64,000 nucleotides of DNA, taken from contig JAXLNO010000297.1 in NCBI GenBank assembly GCA_038087875.1, positions 1 to 64,000 on the forward strand, in the 5' to 3' direction. The DNA is from Malacoraja senta. Its lineage: Eukaryota. Under the pieces are notes generated by a model. It had not been told where the DNA came from. It worked only from the letters and a program-made list of their open reading frames with translations, and searched no databases. A program made the translations under genes and the position numbers. This document shows positions 27,468 to 40,527 of this stretch, in pieces (the first letter of the stretch is position 1; each line of letters starts with the position of its first letter).

Positions 27468-28235
27468 CATTGATTTCGGTGACTTGCACCTGGCCACCTC
27501 TGGCCCAGATGTCGGTGACGGCCGTCATGACCGCCAGGCACCTGCCAAAGTCTTCGGCCGGACACCGGGTGGCGAGGGAGGAGAGTTTGCGAGCTACCTT
27601 GAAGGCCTGGCGGTATCGCTCCTGCTGCACCTTGTCCCGCTCCCTCGGTGACGCGGGCGGGAGCTGACCGCCGAGTAAGTGCTCCTGCGTCCAGCGCCCG
27701 GCGCAGAGCGAGGGCTCGAAGAGGTCGGAGCCCAGCCGCCGCCGGAGAGCCAGGACGTGCCGGCAGGGGAGCCTCATGGAGGTACGGAAGGTGCACTGGC
27801 AGCTGGCCTGGTCCGTCACGAGGGCCCGGCGCCTGCACACGGGCCAGGCCCTCTCGGCCTCCACACTGAGGAAGGAGACCCACTCCGCTTCCTCCAGCTC
27901 CCTCCGCACCCGGCGGAAGGCAAAGTCGGTGAGCAGCTCCCGGTAGAAAGACTCGGCGGAGTTGTCCTGCGGCCCTGCAGGAGGCGCTCTCTGCAACACC
28001 CGCTGGTCACACTCGGCCCGCACCGTGTCCACGGCCTTCAGGAGGTCCCGGGTGGAGGTCACGTCGGAGAAGTCCTCGACCGTGGCCGCCAGCCTCTGGC
28101 TCAGCGCCTGCACCCGCTGAAGGGTGCTGGTGAGGTAGCTCTCGTTCTCGTGCTTGAAGCCCTCCACCCACTGGCGGCGGGACCCGTGCCACGTCTTGTG
28201 GAAGTAGTCGACGGCGCTCTCCGCGTTGGAGGCTC
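27468..28235 (-). CDS. ZSWIM3-like gene, coding exon 5 (end of MULE RNase H-like domain plus SWIM zinc finger)
   Basis: Acceptor cttcccgccag; AVDYFHKTWHGSRRQWVEGFK; SWIM motif SCQCTFRTSMRLPCRH; donor G/gtttgt, with read-through stop at 27460. Confidence 0.85.
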
Positions 28236-28282
28236 CTGGCGGGAAGAAAGGGAAGAGGAGACAAGGTTAGGAACCTCCTGGT

Positions 28283-28572
28283 GCAGCATGGTGGCGTAGC
28301 GGTAGAGTTGCTGCCTTACAGTGCCAGTCCCAGGATCCATCCTGATTACAGGCATTGTCTGTTTGGAGTTTGTACCTTCTCCCTGTGACCATGTGGGTTT
28401 CCTCCGGGTTCTCCGGTTTCCTCCCACGTTCCAAAGACATGCAGGTTTGTACGTTAATTGGCCTCTGTAACGAGTGTAGCCTAGAACTTGTGTGAACGGG
28501 TGATCAATGGTCGGCGTGTACCCAGTGGGGCAAAGGGCCTGTTTCCACGCTGTATCTCCAAAACTAAACTAA
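28283..28572 (+). mobile_element. HE1-type tRNA-derived SINE
   Basis: A box tggcgtagcgg; conserved body; (ctaaa)n tail. Confidence 0.8.
28285..28572 (-). other. Placeholder note: HE1-type SINE here reads on the plus strand (see next feature); no minus-strand feature is claimed
   Basis: No minus-strand coding signal in this interval. Confidence 0.05.
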
Positions 28573-28711
28573 TCTCTCACCTCAACAATCCCCATTGGCT
28601 ACAAGAAAAACTCCAACATTTATTTCCCGAAGAAAAATAAAGTGGCCTCCTCAATGACAGTTGAGTCAAACAGCATGGAAATAGGCCGCTCGGCCCAACT
28701 CGTCCTTGCTG

Positions 28712-28873
28712 CCCAAGATGCCCCATTTAATGCTGACCAAGATGCCCCATCTAATGCTGACCAAGATGCCCCATCTAATGCTGACCAAGATGCCCCATCT
28801 AATGCTGACCAAGATGCCCCATCTAATGCTGACCAAGATGCCCCATCTAATGCTGACCAAGATGCCCCATCTA
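28712..28873. repeat. 24-bp tandem repeat, about 7 copies
   Basis: Unit gaccaagatgccccatctaatgct. Confidence 0.95.
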
Positions 28874-29089
28874 CAGAAAGGGAGAGGAGGGTGGAATGGA
28901 GGAGGGAGAGTGGGGCACAGGTAGACTGGATTGTGCGGACCATGTTGAGGAATGAGTTACACCCTTATCTGACCCACGCCCTGACAGGAGGATGAATATT
29001 TGAGAAAATCCAACCTACCCCCCCCTCCCTCCCCCGCCCCGGTCCCACGACAGAATCACAATTCCAGAGCTTATTGATGCTCAATGGTG

Positions 29090-29410
29090 GAGTAGAGGGG
29101 GAAGGAGGAGAGGAGGGGGTGAAGGGGAGGAGGGGGAAGAGGGGAGGGGGGATGGGAGGGGGAAAGAGGAGGAAAGAGGAGAGGAGAGGGGTGGAGAGGG
29201 GTGGAGGAGAGGAAGTGTGAAGCAGGGGAGGAGTGGGTGACGGAGGGGAGGAGTATGGAAACAGGAGTAGGGGAAAGGGGCGGAGGAGAGGAGGGGGAGG
29301 AGTGGGACGGAGGACGAGGAGAGGGAGACGGAGAAAGGAGGGGGAGAAGGAAAGAAGGGAAGGAGGAGCGGGTAAGAAAGAAGGAAAGAAAAGAGAGAGA
29401 GGGCAGAGTT
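29090..29410. repeat. GA-rich polypurine low-complexity tract
   Basis: Direct reading. Confidence 0.9.
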
Positions 29411-29572
29411 GAGCAGATGGGACATGGGTAGACTGGATTGTGCAGAGGGATGAGAGTCACAACTTTAACGAACCAACACAATGTGACAGGAGGAGGAATA
29501 TTTGGGAACCCCCATCCACCACCCGCCCGCTTCGCTCCGGTCCCACGAGGGAATGGCGGTGCCAGTGCTTAC

Positions 29573-30008
29573 TGTAGCCCGGCGGTCAGGTGCAGCTTCT
29601 CGGCGGTCACATCGTCCTGGAAGACGCTCAGTGTGTGGGCGAGGCAGGCCAGCGGCTTGCAGTGGGGCAGCACGTTGGTCACCAGCTCCCCGTCACACAC
29701 CTTGCCGCCGACCACCACCGCCCGCGTTCCCTCTGCCGCCGGGTTCTTCTGCCTGAAGATGAGCAGAAGCTGCCGGATGGTCTCACGCTCCTCGCTCTGC
29801 AGGAACCACAGACTCGCCAGCTCACTCTGCCCGTTGCCGTCGATGGCCAGCAGCAGGTTGGTGGGCAGCCGCAGGCCCGCCCAGCTGTAGGTGGCACCCA
29901 CCAGCAGCACCTTGGGGAACCTCTCGAAGGTCTGCTTCATGCGGCCGTCCTGGTAGTAGATGGCCTGCAACACGTTGGCCTTGTTCACGACCATCACCAC
30001 CGTGCCGT
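29573..30008 (-). CDS. ZSWIM3-like gene, coding exon 4 (MULE transposase RNase H-like domain)
   Basis: Acceptor tttgcttgcag; AIYYQDGRMKQTFERFPKVLLVGATY...IDGNGQSE...LACLAH; donor CA/gtaagc. Confidence 0.88.
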
Positions 30009-30114
30009 CTGCAAGCAAACGCAGACAAGAGTCAGAACAAGGGTCTGACCCGCTCTCACCCTGGCCACAAATTCTTGGAAGTAGAAACATTGAAAATAGG
30101 TGCAGGAGTAGGCC

Positions 30115-33100
30115 ATGCAGGAGGGACTAAAATAGAGAAAGCTATTAGACAGTTTGTGAGGCAGGAGGCAGAGAAGGAAAGCACTCAGACCCAACATGTA
30201 GGGGGGAAAGAAGAAAACAATAATAAACAGAGAATAAGAGGTGGTGGGGTTCTTAAATGGGTGAGCAGAGAAACAGAGGGGTGTAAAAATGCGGGCGGAA
30301 GCAATAGGTGGCAAGGTGAAAAGTAAAAGTGGCAGGCAGACAAATCCAGGGCTAAAATCAAAAAGGGCCACTTTTCAACATAATTGTATAAGGGGTAAGA
30401 GCGTTGTAAAAACAAGCCTGAAGGCTTTGTGTCTCAATGCAAGGAGCATTCATAATAAGGTGGATGAGTTGAACGTGCAGATAGCTATTAATGATTATGA
30501 TATAGTTGGGATCACGGAGACATGGCTCCAGGGTGACCAAGGCTGGGAGCTGAACATCCAGGGATATTCAATATTCAGGAGGGATAGAGAGAAAGGAAAA
30601 GGAGGTGGGGTAGCGTTGCTGGTTAGAGAGGAGATTAACGCAGTGGAAAGGAAGGACATTAGCTTTGAGGATGTGGAATCGGTATGGGTAGAGCTGCGAA
30701 ACACTAAGGGGCAGAAAACGCTGGTGGGTGTTGTGTACAGGCCACCTAGCAGTAGTAGTGAAGTTGGGGATGGCATCAAACAGGAAATTAGAAATGCGTG
30801 CAACAAAGGCAAAACAGTTATAATGGGTGACTTCAATCTACATATAGATTGGGTGAATCAAATTGGCAGCAGTGCTGAGGAAGAGGATTTCTTGGAATGT
30901 ATGCGGGATAGTTATCTAAACCAACATGTAGAGGAACCAACGAGAGAGCAGGCTATTCTAGACTGGGTATTGAGTAATGAGGAAGGGTTAGTTAGCAGTC
31001 TTGTTGTGCATGCCCCCTTGGGAAGAGTGACCATAATATGGTTGAGTTCTTCATTAGGATGGAGAGTGACATTGTTAATTCAGAAACAACGGTTCTGAAC
31101 TTAAAGAAAGGTAACTTTGAGGGTATGAGACGTGAATTGGCCAAGATTGACTGGCAATTAGTTCTAAAAGGGTTGACGGTGGATATGCAATGGAAGGCAT
31201 TTAAAGACTGCATGGATGAACTACAAAAATTGTTCATCCCAGTTTGGCAAAAGAATAAATCAGGGAAGGTAGTGCATCCGTGGATAACAAGGGAAATCAG
31301 GGATAGTATCAAAACAAAAGATGATGCCTACAAATTAACCAGAAAAAGCAGCATACCAGAGGACTGGGAGAACTTCAGAGACCAGCAGAGGAGGACAAAG
31401 GGCTTAATTAGGAAAGGGAAAATAGATTATGAAAGAAAACTGGCAGGGAACATAAAAACTGACTGCAAAATTTTTTATAGATATGTGAAGAGAAAGAGAT
31501 TAGTTAAAACAAATGTAGGTCCCTTGCAGTCAGAAACAGGTGAATTGATCATGGGGAACAAGGATATGGCGGACCAATTGAATAACTACTTTGGTTCCGT
31601 CTTCACTAAGGAAGACATAAATAATCTGCCGGAAAATGCAGGGGGCCGCGGGTCAAAGGAGATGGAGGAACTGAGTGAAATCCAGGTTAGTCGGGAAGTG
31701 GTGTTGGGTAAATTGAATGGATTAAAGGCCGATAAATCACCAGGGCCAGATAGGCTGCATCCCAGAGTACTTAAGGAAGTAGCTCCAGAAATAGTGGATG
31801 CATTAGTGATAATTTTTCAAAACTCTTTAGATTCTGGAGTAGTTCCTGAGGATTGGAGGGTAGCAAACGTAACCCCACTTTTTAAGAAGTGAGGGAGAGA
31901 GAAAACGGGGAATTACAGACCAGTTAGTCTAACATCGGTAGTGGGGAAACTGCTAGAGTCAGTTATTAAAGATGGGATAGCAGCACATTTGGAAAGTGGT
32001 GATATCATTGGACAAAGTCAGCATGGATTTACGAAAGGTAAATCATGTCTGACGAATCTTATAGAATTTTTTGAGGATGTAACTAGTAGAGTGGATAGGG
32101 GAGAACCAGTGGATGTGTTGTATCTGGACTTTCAGAAGGCTTTCGACAAGGTCCCACATAAGAGATTAGTATACAAACTTAAAGCACACGGCATTGGGGG
32201 TTCAGTATTGATGTGGATAGAGAACTGGCTGGCAAACAGGAAGCAAAGAGTAGGAGTAAACGGGTCCTTTTCACAATGGCAGGCAGTGACTAGTGGGGTA
32301 CCGCAAGGCTCAGTGCTGGGACCCCAGCTATTTACAATTTATATTAATGAACTGGATGAGGGAATTGAAGGCAACATCTCCAAGTTTGCGGATGACACTA
32401 AGCTGGGGGGCAGTGTTAGCTGTGAGGAGGATGCTAGGAGACTGCAAGGTGACTTGGATAGGCTGGGTGAGTGGTCAAATGTTTGGCAGATGCAGTATAA
32501 TGTGGATAAATGTGAGGTTATCCACTTTGGTGGCAAAAACAGGAAAGCAGACTATTATCTAAATGGTGGCCGATTAGGAAAAGGGGAGATGCAGCGAGAC
32601 CTGGGTGTCATGGTACACCAGTCATTGAAAGTAGGCATGCAGGTGCAGCAGGCAGTGAAGAAAGCGAATGGTATGTTAGCTTTCATAGCAAAAGGATTTG
32701 AGTATAGGAGCAGGGAGGTTCTACTGCAGTTGTACAGGGTCTTGGTGAGACCACACCTGGAGTATTGTGTACAGTTTTGGTCTCCAAATCTGAGGAAGGA
32801 CATTATAGCCATAGAGGGAGTGCAGAGAAGGTTCACCAGACTGATTCCTGGGATGTCAGGACTTTCATATGAAGAAAGACTGGATAGAATTGGCTTATAC
32901 TCGCTAGAATTTAGGAGATTGAGAGGGGATCTTATAGAAACGTACAAAATTCTTATGGGGTTGGACAGGCTAGATGTAGGAAGATTGTTCTAAAGGGATC
33001 AGGGGGTATGGAGAGAAGGCAGGTACAGGATACTGAGTTGGATGATCAGCCATGATCATATTGAATGGCGGTGCAGGCTCGAAGGGCCGAATGGCCTCTA

Positions 33101-33460
33101 CTCCTGTACCTATTGTCTATGTTTCTATGTTTCTATGTTCCCGATGTTGGGGAAGTCCAGGACAAGGGGTCACAGCTTAAGGATAAGGGGGAAATCCTTT
33201 AAGACCGAGATGAGAAAAAACGTTTTCACACAGAGAGTGGTGAATCTCTGGAACTCTCTGCCACAGAGGTTAGTTGAGGCCAGTTCATTGGCTATATTTA
33301 AGAGGGAGTTAGATGTGGCCCTTGTGGCTAAAGGGATCAGGGGGTATGGAGAGAAGGCAGGTACGGGATACTGAGTTGGATGATCAGCCATGATCATATT
33401 GAATGGCGGTGTGGGCTCGAAGGGCCGAATGGCCTACTCCTGCACCTATTTTCTATGTAT
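30115..33460 (+). mobile_element. Young CR1 LINE with near-complete ORF2 (APE endonuclease plus RT), one frameshift and one stop
   Basis: CLNARSI, GITETW, MGDFN, LDFQKAFDKV, GVPQGSVLGP and KFADD motifs. Frameshift near 31020-31040; TGA at 31890. Confidence 0.95.
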
Positions 33461-35921
33461 CTATTCGGCCCTTCGAGCCAGCACCGCCATTCAATATGAT
33501 CATGGCCCATCATCCAGAATCAGTACTCTGTTCTGGCTTTCTCCCCATATCCCTTGATTCCATCAGCCCTAAGACGTATATCTCACTCTCTCATGAAGTC
33601 CTCCCCTCTGGGCACATCCAGACACAAAAACAGCTTCTTCCTACGTGCGGTAGCTCTACTTAACAGCCGCTCTACACCACTACATTCTCGTCTGTAAGTC
33701 AAACACTTATGAACTCTCCAAGTGCACTTTAGATATTTACATGTGCAATATATAGCAAAGCTGCCCCTTTTTACTCTTGCACTATATTTTTACATTGTTT
33801 AATTATAATGTTTTTTTAATTGTCTCGTGTTTTTACCATGTGCGAGCAAAGCACTGTCAAATTCCTTGTATGTGTACATACTTGGCCGATAAATTGAGTG
33901 TGATTGTGAAATTGATTCTGAACAAAGCACTGGTAACACACAGTGACAGTGGTGAGGTACGTTTGCCTTCATCGGTCGGTCACTGAGTACAAGAGTCAGA
34001 TAGTCAAGATGCAGCTCTATCAAACTCTGGAGAAACAAGGATCTGCAGATGCTGGTTCATGACAAAAGACAAAGTGCGGGAGTAACTCAGCAGGTCAGGC
34101 AGTATTTCTGGAGTTTCCCTCTCCCCTGACTCTCGGTCTGGGGAAGGGTCTTGACCTGAAACATCACCTATTCTTTTTCTCCAGAAATGCTGCCTGACCC
34201 ACTGAGTTACTGCAGCATTTTGTGTCTATCTCCGGTGTAAACCAGCATCTGCAGTTCCTTCCTACACATGTCTGGAAAACATGGATATGTGATCTTTCAG
34301 GTCGGGACCTTTCTTCAAACTAATTATGGCAGGTTGTGGTGGGGGCAGGACAAGAGTGGTGAAGAGAAGAGAGGTGGGGGCAGGACAAAGCCTAGCAAGT
34401 GACAGGTGGAGGAAGGAACTGCGGGATGGGTGGGGGTTACAGGAGAGAAGAATCATCTAAAGAGAGCGTGGCACGATCCAAGAGCGATTCAATGAGAAAC
34501 CATTGGGGAAACAGCGGTAGAGTTGCTGCCTTACAACGCAAGAGACCCGGGTTCCAGCTGGACTATGGAGGCAGTCTGTATGGAGTTTGTACTTTCATGG
34601 GTTTTTTCCGGGTGTTCTGGTTTGCTCCCACACTCCAAACGCAGGATTGGGGACTTGCAAATATAGCGGAGTCACGGGATATGGGGAGAAGGCAGGAACG
34701 GGGTACCGATTGTGAATGATCAGCCATGATCACAGTGAATGGCAGTGCTGGCTCGAAGGGCCTACTCCTGCACCTATTGTCTATTGTTTATTGTCTATTG
34801 TAGGTTATTTGGCTTCAGCAAGTTGTAAAAAAAATTGTCCTTTGTGTGTGTAAGGTAGCGTACAGGATCATTGCTGGTCGGCACCAACTCGGTGGGACTA
34901 ACGGCCAGTTTCCGCGCTGTATCTCTAAAGTGTAAAAGTCATTGACTATCCTAGGGTAGAGGAGGGAGTGATCTAGTGACAAGACAGTATACTATCGTGA
35001 GATGGGGGAAGGAGGATCCACACTCAATCCACAGCCATTTATTTGGAGTTTTGCAAGCAGTTTTGGCCTCATGTCTAAGGAAGGATGTGCTGGCGGTAGA
35101 GAGGGTCCAGAGGAGGCTTACGAGAATGATACCAGGAATGTCTGGGTTAACATCTGATGAGCGTTTGACCGCACTGGGCCTGTACTCGCTCGAGTTTCGA
35201 AGGATGAGGAGGGACCTCATTGAAACTTACCAGATAGTGAAATGCCTGGGTAGAGTGAATGGCTGATCTATCTTTCCCTCTCAACCCCATTCTCCTGCCC
35301 TCCCCGTACCTTTTGCCGCCCTTACTAATCAAGAACCTGTCAATCTCTCCTTTATAAATAGCCACAGATTTGGCCTCCACAGCCATCTGTGGCAATGAAT
35401 TCCACAGATTCACCACCCTCTGACTAATGAAATTCCTTCTCATCTCCTTTCCAAAGGTAGGTCCTTTTATTCTGAGGCTGCGCCCTCTGGTCCATGACTC
35501 TCCCACTAGTGGAAACATCCTCGCCACATTCACTTTATCCAAGCCTTTCACTATTCGGTAAGTTTCAATGAGGTTCCCCCTCATCCTTCCAAACTCCAGC
35601 GAGTACAGGCCCTGAGCCATCAAACGCTCATCATACGTTAACCCAATGAAGGGGTGATCCGCATTATTCCGGAATGAAGGAAGGATGCAGGATACCCCAG
35701 GACAAGAGAGGGAGTGGTGCAAACCTGGAGCAGCCCGTTAGCCCTGGGACAAGCGAGCAGACCTTCACCTGCCTTGATTCATGATTAGTACTGGTGTCAG
35801 AGGTTATGGGGAGAAGGCAGGAGAATGGGGTTAGGAGAGAGAGATAGATCAGCCATGATTGAATGGCGGAGTAGACATGATGGGCCGAATGGCCTAATTC
35901 TACTATTCCTTATGACCTTAC

Positions 35922-36162
35922 CCTTGACGGCCGCCAGTGTGGGCACCATCTTCTCCAAGTTTGTTTTGTTGACCTTGAACTCGCCACATTTCTCCTTGCG
36001 TGTGGTGCTATGGGCATCCTCGTCAGCGAGCACCTTGCCGGCAACCTCCCCCAGCTGCACCTTGACACCCGCTCCATTACTCCGCAGCGAGACGATGGTA
36101 GTGCGGTCCACGTGCAGCGCTTTAACACAGAGCCTTTGGTGCTGGAGCCTCTCCTCCTCTTC
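35922..36162 (-). CDS. ZSWIM3-like gene, coding exon 3
   Basis: Acceptor ccccacag, donor G/gtaagg. 241 nt, open and phase-compatible with both neighbours (EEEERLQHQR...TLAAVK). Confidence 0.8.
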
Positions 36163-36499
36163 CTGTGGGGTATAAGCAAGGTCGTAGGGTCAGTTCAGTT
36201 TAGTTTAATGTCATCTGTACCAAGGTACAGTGAAAAGCTTTTGATGCGAGCTAACCAGTCAGAGGACAAAGGAATATAGGTGGAAGGGGGGGGGGGGGGG
36301 GGGATGAGGAAAGGAAAAAAGGAGGGTTGATTGTAGGTTTATTGCCTAAAATTGGTGAATTCAATGTTCATACTGTTGGGTTGTAAGCAACCCAAACGGA
36401 ATACAGGTGCTGTTCCTCCATGTTGCAGTAACTCATTCATTTCTCATTCTACAGGAGGTCAAGAATGGGATGAGGATTGTGCCACCAGATATGTCGGGG

Positions 36500-36815
36500 C
36501 GGGCAGCACGGTGGCACAACTGGTAGAGCTGCGACCTCACAGTGGCACAGATCCAGGTTTGATCCTGACCCTGGGTGTCACCCACGTGGGGTTTGCACCT
36601 TCTCCCTGGGACTGCGTGGGTTTCCTCTGGGTGCTCCGGTTTCTTCCCACATCCCAAACACAACAACCGGTTTGGAGATCAATTGTCCTCTGTAAATTGC
36701 CACAAGCGGGTCAGGAGTGGATGAGAAAGTAGGATAACATAGAACTAGTGCTAACATGTGGTCGATGATCAGCGTGGACTAGGTAGGCCTATGTTTCCAT
36801 CAGTAAACTAAGCTA
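36500..36815 (+). mobile_element. HE1-type SINE
   Basis: A and B boxes and conserved body. Confidence 0.75.
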
Positions 36816-39159
36816 AGATCCCGTATAAAAACACAGAACAGTACAGCACAGGAATGGGCCCTCCAGCCCACATTATCTGTGCCAAACATGATTCCAAGTT
36901 AAACTGATCTCATCTCCCTGTACAAGATCCATATCGCTCTAGTCCCTGAACTTCCATGTGCCTTTCCCAAAGCCTCTTAAACACCACTTTGGGTATCTGC
37001 ATCCACCACCATCTCTGGCAGTGCATTCCCCACCCCCACCCCTCTCTGTGTAAAAACCTTGCCTCGCACATTAAACTTCCCCCCTCTCACCATATTGCTA
37101 CACCCTCTAGTGTTGGACATTTCTACCCTGGGGAAAAGCCTCTGATTACCTTATGTATGCCTCACATAACTTTATATACTTCTATCCAGTCTTCCCTCAA
37201 CCTCTGACGTTCCAGAGAAAATAACACAAGTTTATCCAACCTCCCCCTGTAGCTGAAACATTCTAATCCAGGGAGCATTCTGGTAAACCTCCTCTGCACC
37301 CTCTCCAAAGCCTCCACATCTCTCCTGTAATGGGGCGACAAGAACTACACGTAATACTCCAAATGCAGCCTAACTAAAGCCCAATAGAGCTGCATCATGA
37401 CTTGCTGACTTATAGTCAATACCCCATAGCACAGTAGACAAGCATACCGTACGCTTAACCCATACTGGTTAACATATGATGCGCGTTTGATGGCACCAGG
37501 CCTGTACCCTCTAGAGTTTAGAAGAATCAGGGGGGACCTCATTGAAACGTACCGAGTAGTGAAAGGCTTGGATGGAGTGGATGTGGAGAGGATGTTTCCA
37601 CTAGTGGGAGAGTGTTGGACTAAAGGCCATCGCCTCAGAATTAAAGGACATTCCTTTAGGAAGGACAGGAGGAGGAATATATTTAATCAGAGGGTGGTGA
37701 ATCGGTGGAATTCTTTGCCACAGAAGGCTGTGGAGGCCAAGTCAATGGATATTTTTATGGCAGAGATAGATGGATTGTTCATTGGTAGAGGTGTCAGGGG
37801 TTATTGGGAGAAGACTGGAGAATGCGGTTAGGAGGGTCATGCCACTAACTGTATACTCTCCCCTTACATTAAACCTCTCAAAGTGCATCATCTCACACTT
37901 GCTCTGGTTAAACTCCATCTGCCATTTCTCTTCCCCTTTCTGCAGTTGGTCTATTTTCTGCTATATTCCGACAGCATTTCTTGCTGTCTGTAACTCCTAA
38001 TTTTGGTGTCATTCGCAAACTTACTCACCAACCCTTCTACATTTACGTCCAGGTCATATATATATAATACATAATCTCTCTAACTGGCCCTAGCCCATTC
38101 CTGAATTTTAGTCCCTGTGCAATTGACAATGCCTTTAGCAGCTATTTGGAACTTTCTGCATCTTTGTGTCTCTCCTCCTCCACAACTACAATGGGGAAAA
38201 ACATTCGGAACATCTTCCCCATCTAGTTTAGTCTAGTTTCTTGTCACGTGTACCAAAAAGCTTTTTTGTTGGGTACTATCCATGATTACAATCAAGCCGT
38301 CCACAGGGGAACTGCAGAGGCTGGTTTAAACCGAAGATGGATACAAAAAGCTGGAGTAACTCAGCGGGTCAGGAAGCATCAATCTGAAGAAGGGTCTCGA
38401 CCCAAAACTTCACCTATTCCTTTTCTGATCTGAAGAGGGGTATCTCCCTAAAACGTCACGTATTCCTTTTCTCCAGGTCTGAAGAAGAGTCTTGACCCGA
38501 AATGTCACCTATTCCATTTCGCCAGAGATGCTGTCTAACCTGCTGAGTTCCTCCGGATTTCTGTGTCTAAGCCATCCACAGTGTACAGATACAGGATAAA
38601 GGGAATAATGTTTAGCGTCAGATAAAGTCCAGTAAAGTTCAATTAAAGATAGTGCGAGGGTTTCCATTCTATGCCTCTCATCAACAGATATACTTCTTTC
38701 AGATCACCCTCAGACACTCTTGCCTCCTTAAACCCCATTATAAGACATTCCTTGAAACCCACCATCTCCACCCAAGTTATAGGTCATCTCCAGAATCCCT
38801 GCTAAGGCAGTTCACATCAATTACTTTGATAATGTCCCTGAATGCTGGAGATATTTTTAGTGCGTTAGAAAAACTACGTAAATAAAACTTGTTACTGTTA
38901 GGGAAATGACTAGTGATATTGTGGAAGAAAACATTAATATCCTTTCTTACTTAATTTTGATTGGAATTGAACAAGGTAACGAAAGGGTGTTTGGATGTGA
39001 CAATTGTCATCTCCCGTTGACCAGGTTGTCAGAGTTCAGATGCTGGATTGATATCTCAGTGGGGGAGTGCGATATTATCCCATAGAATCACGCCGGCTCT
39101 TCCACCTACATTGTCGGCAATGACCGTCAAGCACCCATCTTGTTATGTTCTATGTGTAG

Positions 39160-39452
39160 GGGCAGCACGGTGGCGCAGCGGTAGAGTTGCTGCGTTACAG
39201 CGCCAGAGACCGGGTTTCATCCTGACTATGGGCGCTGTCTGTACGGAGTTTGTACGTTCTCCCTGTGGGTTTTCTTTGAGAGCTGCGGTTTCCTCCCAGA
39301 TGTGCAGGATTATAGGCTAATTGGCTTGGTAGATTTGAAAGTTGTCCCTAATGTGTGTGGAGTAGATTAGCGTTGATGTGCAGGGATTGCTGGTCGGCCT
39401 GGACTCGGTGGGCCGAATGGCCTGTTTCCATGCTGTATGTCCAAACTAAACT
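39160..39452 (+). mobile_element. HE1-type SINE
   Basis: ggcagcacggtggcgcagcggtagag head; aaactaaact tail. Confidence 0.8.
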
Positions 39453-39789
39453 GCAGATTCTAGTTTGTACCAAACATAATCACAAAAAGCTGGAGTAACT
39501 CAGCGGGTCAGACAACATCTCTGGAGACTTTTCTGGTCGAGACCTTTCTTCAGACCAGCTGGGAAGGAACCAAAACGTCACCTATTCCTTTTCTGCAGAT
39601 ATGATGCTTGACCCACTGAGTTACTCCAGCTTGCTGTGTCTATCTTTGTTGCTATGTATTATGTTATCTTGAACCAATTCTGCACAAATCCCATTTCATT
39701 GCAGCCTACAGCTTTAAGTCCCACCGATATGCGTTGGTGCCTCAGGTAACATTCTCTCACGGTCAAAGAGACGGAGTTCTTATAAGCTT

Positions 39790-40095
39790 GGCACGGTGGA
39801 GCAGCGGTAGAATTGCTGCCTTACAGCTTGCAGCGCCGGAGACCCGGCTTTGATCCTGACTACAAGTGCTGTCTGTACGGAGTTTTTACGTTCTCCCCAT
39901 GACCTGCATGGGTTTTCTCCGAGATCTTCGGTTTCCTTACACTCTAAAGATGTACAGATATGTAGGATAATTGGGTTAGTGTATGTGTGAATTGTCCCTA
40001 GTGTGTGTAGGATAGTGTTAACGTGTGGGGATCGCTGGTCGGTGTGGACTCGGTGGGCCAAAGGGACTGTTTCTGCGCTGTATCTCTGAAGTAAA
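39790..40095 (+). mobile_element. HE1-type SINE
   Basis: Same head and body as other copies. Confidence 0.8.
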
Positions 40096-40257
40096 ATATT
40101 CAATAGCCCAGCGTCTACAGAAGTAGTATAATGCTCTCTGAAAATGTGTAGAGGTGGGACCACACACACACACACGACAATCTGAAGCAGCGGCAGATAA
40201 AAAAACTCCACCTGGCTGGTGTGTTCCACCTGGCTGGTGTGTGTGTTCTGCTTTTAC

Positions 40258-40366
40258 CTGCGGCACTGTGTGGTTATGCGATTCATTCATCTCTTTCACC
40301 ACAAACTTGTCTCCATCTGCAGAAAGACGGACTTTAATGGCACACGGACACTTCATCTTGTTGGTT
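40258..40366 (-). CDS. ZSWIM3-like gene, coding exon 2 (WRKY/FAR1-like Zn-binding domain, C-terminal half)
   Basis: Acceptor gttttcag, donor CAG/gtaaaa; TNKMKCPCAIKVRLSADGDKFVVKEMNESHNH. Confidence 0.88.
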
Positions 40367-40527
40367 CTGAAAACGACAGTGGGAGGTAGTGTGTAAGCCA
40401 ACTGGGTGAAGACCAGCAGTAGATAGACACAAAATGCAGGAGTAACTCAGCGGGTCCGGCATCATCTCTGGAGAAAAGGAATAGGTGACGCTTCGGATCG
40501 AGACCCTTCTTCAGTTTTGTTCAGTAA

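Noticed and set aside
27679..28299. Plus-strand ORFs overlapping exons 4 and 5
   Set aside because: Shadow ORFs of GC-rich coding sequence on the minus strand.
28581..28598. Micro-exon that might repair the exon 4/5 phase mismatch
   Set aside because: It has AG/GT flanks on the minus strand but is 18 nt, so the phase is unchanged.
28712..28873. Regular 24-bp repeats as a CRISPR array or repeat-protein ORF
   Set aside because: No spacers, eukaryotic context; a tandem amplification of a retroelement tail inside an intron.
39160..39235. tRNA genes
   Set aside because: The A/B boxes belong to SINE heads; no full cloverleaf.
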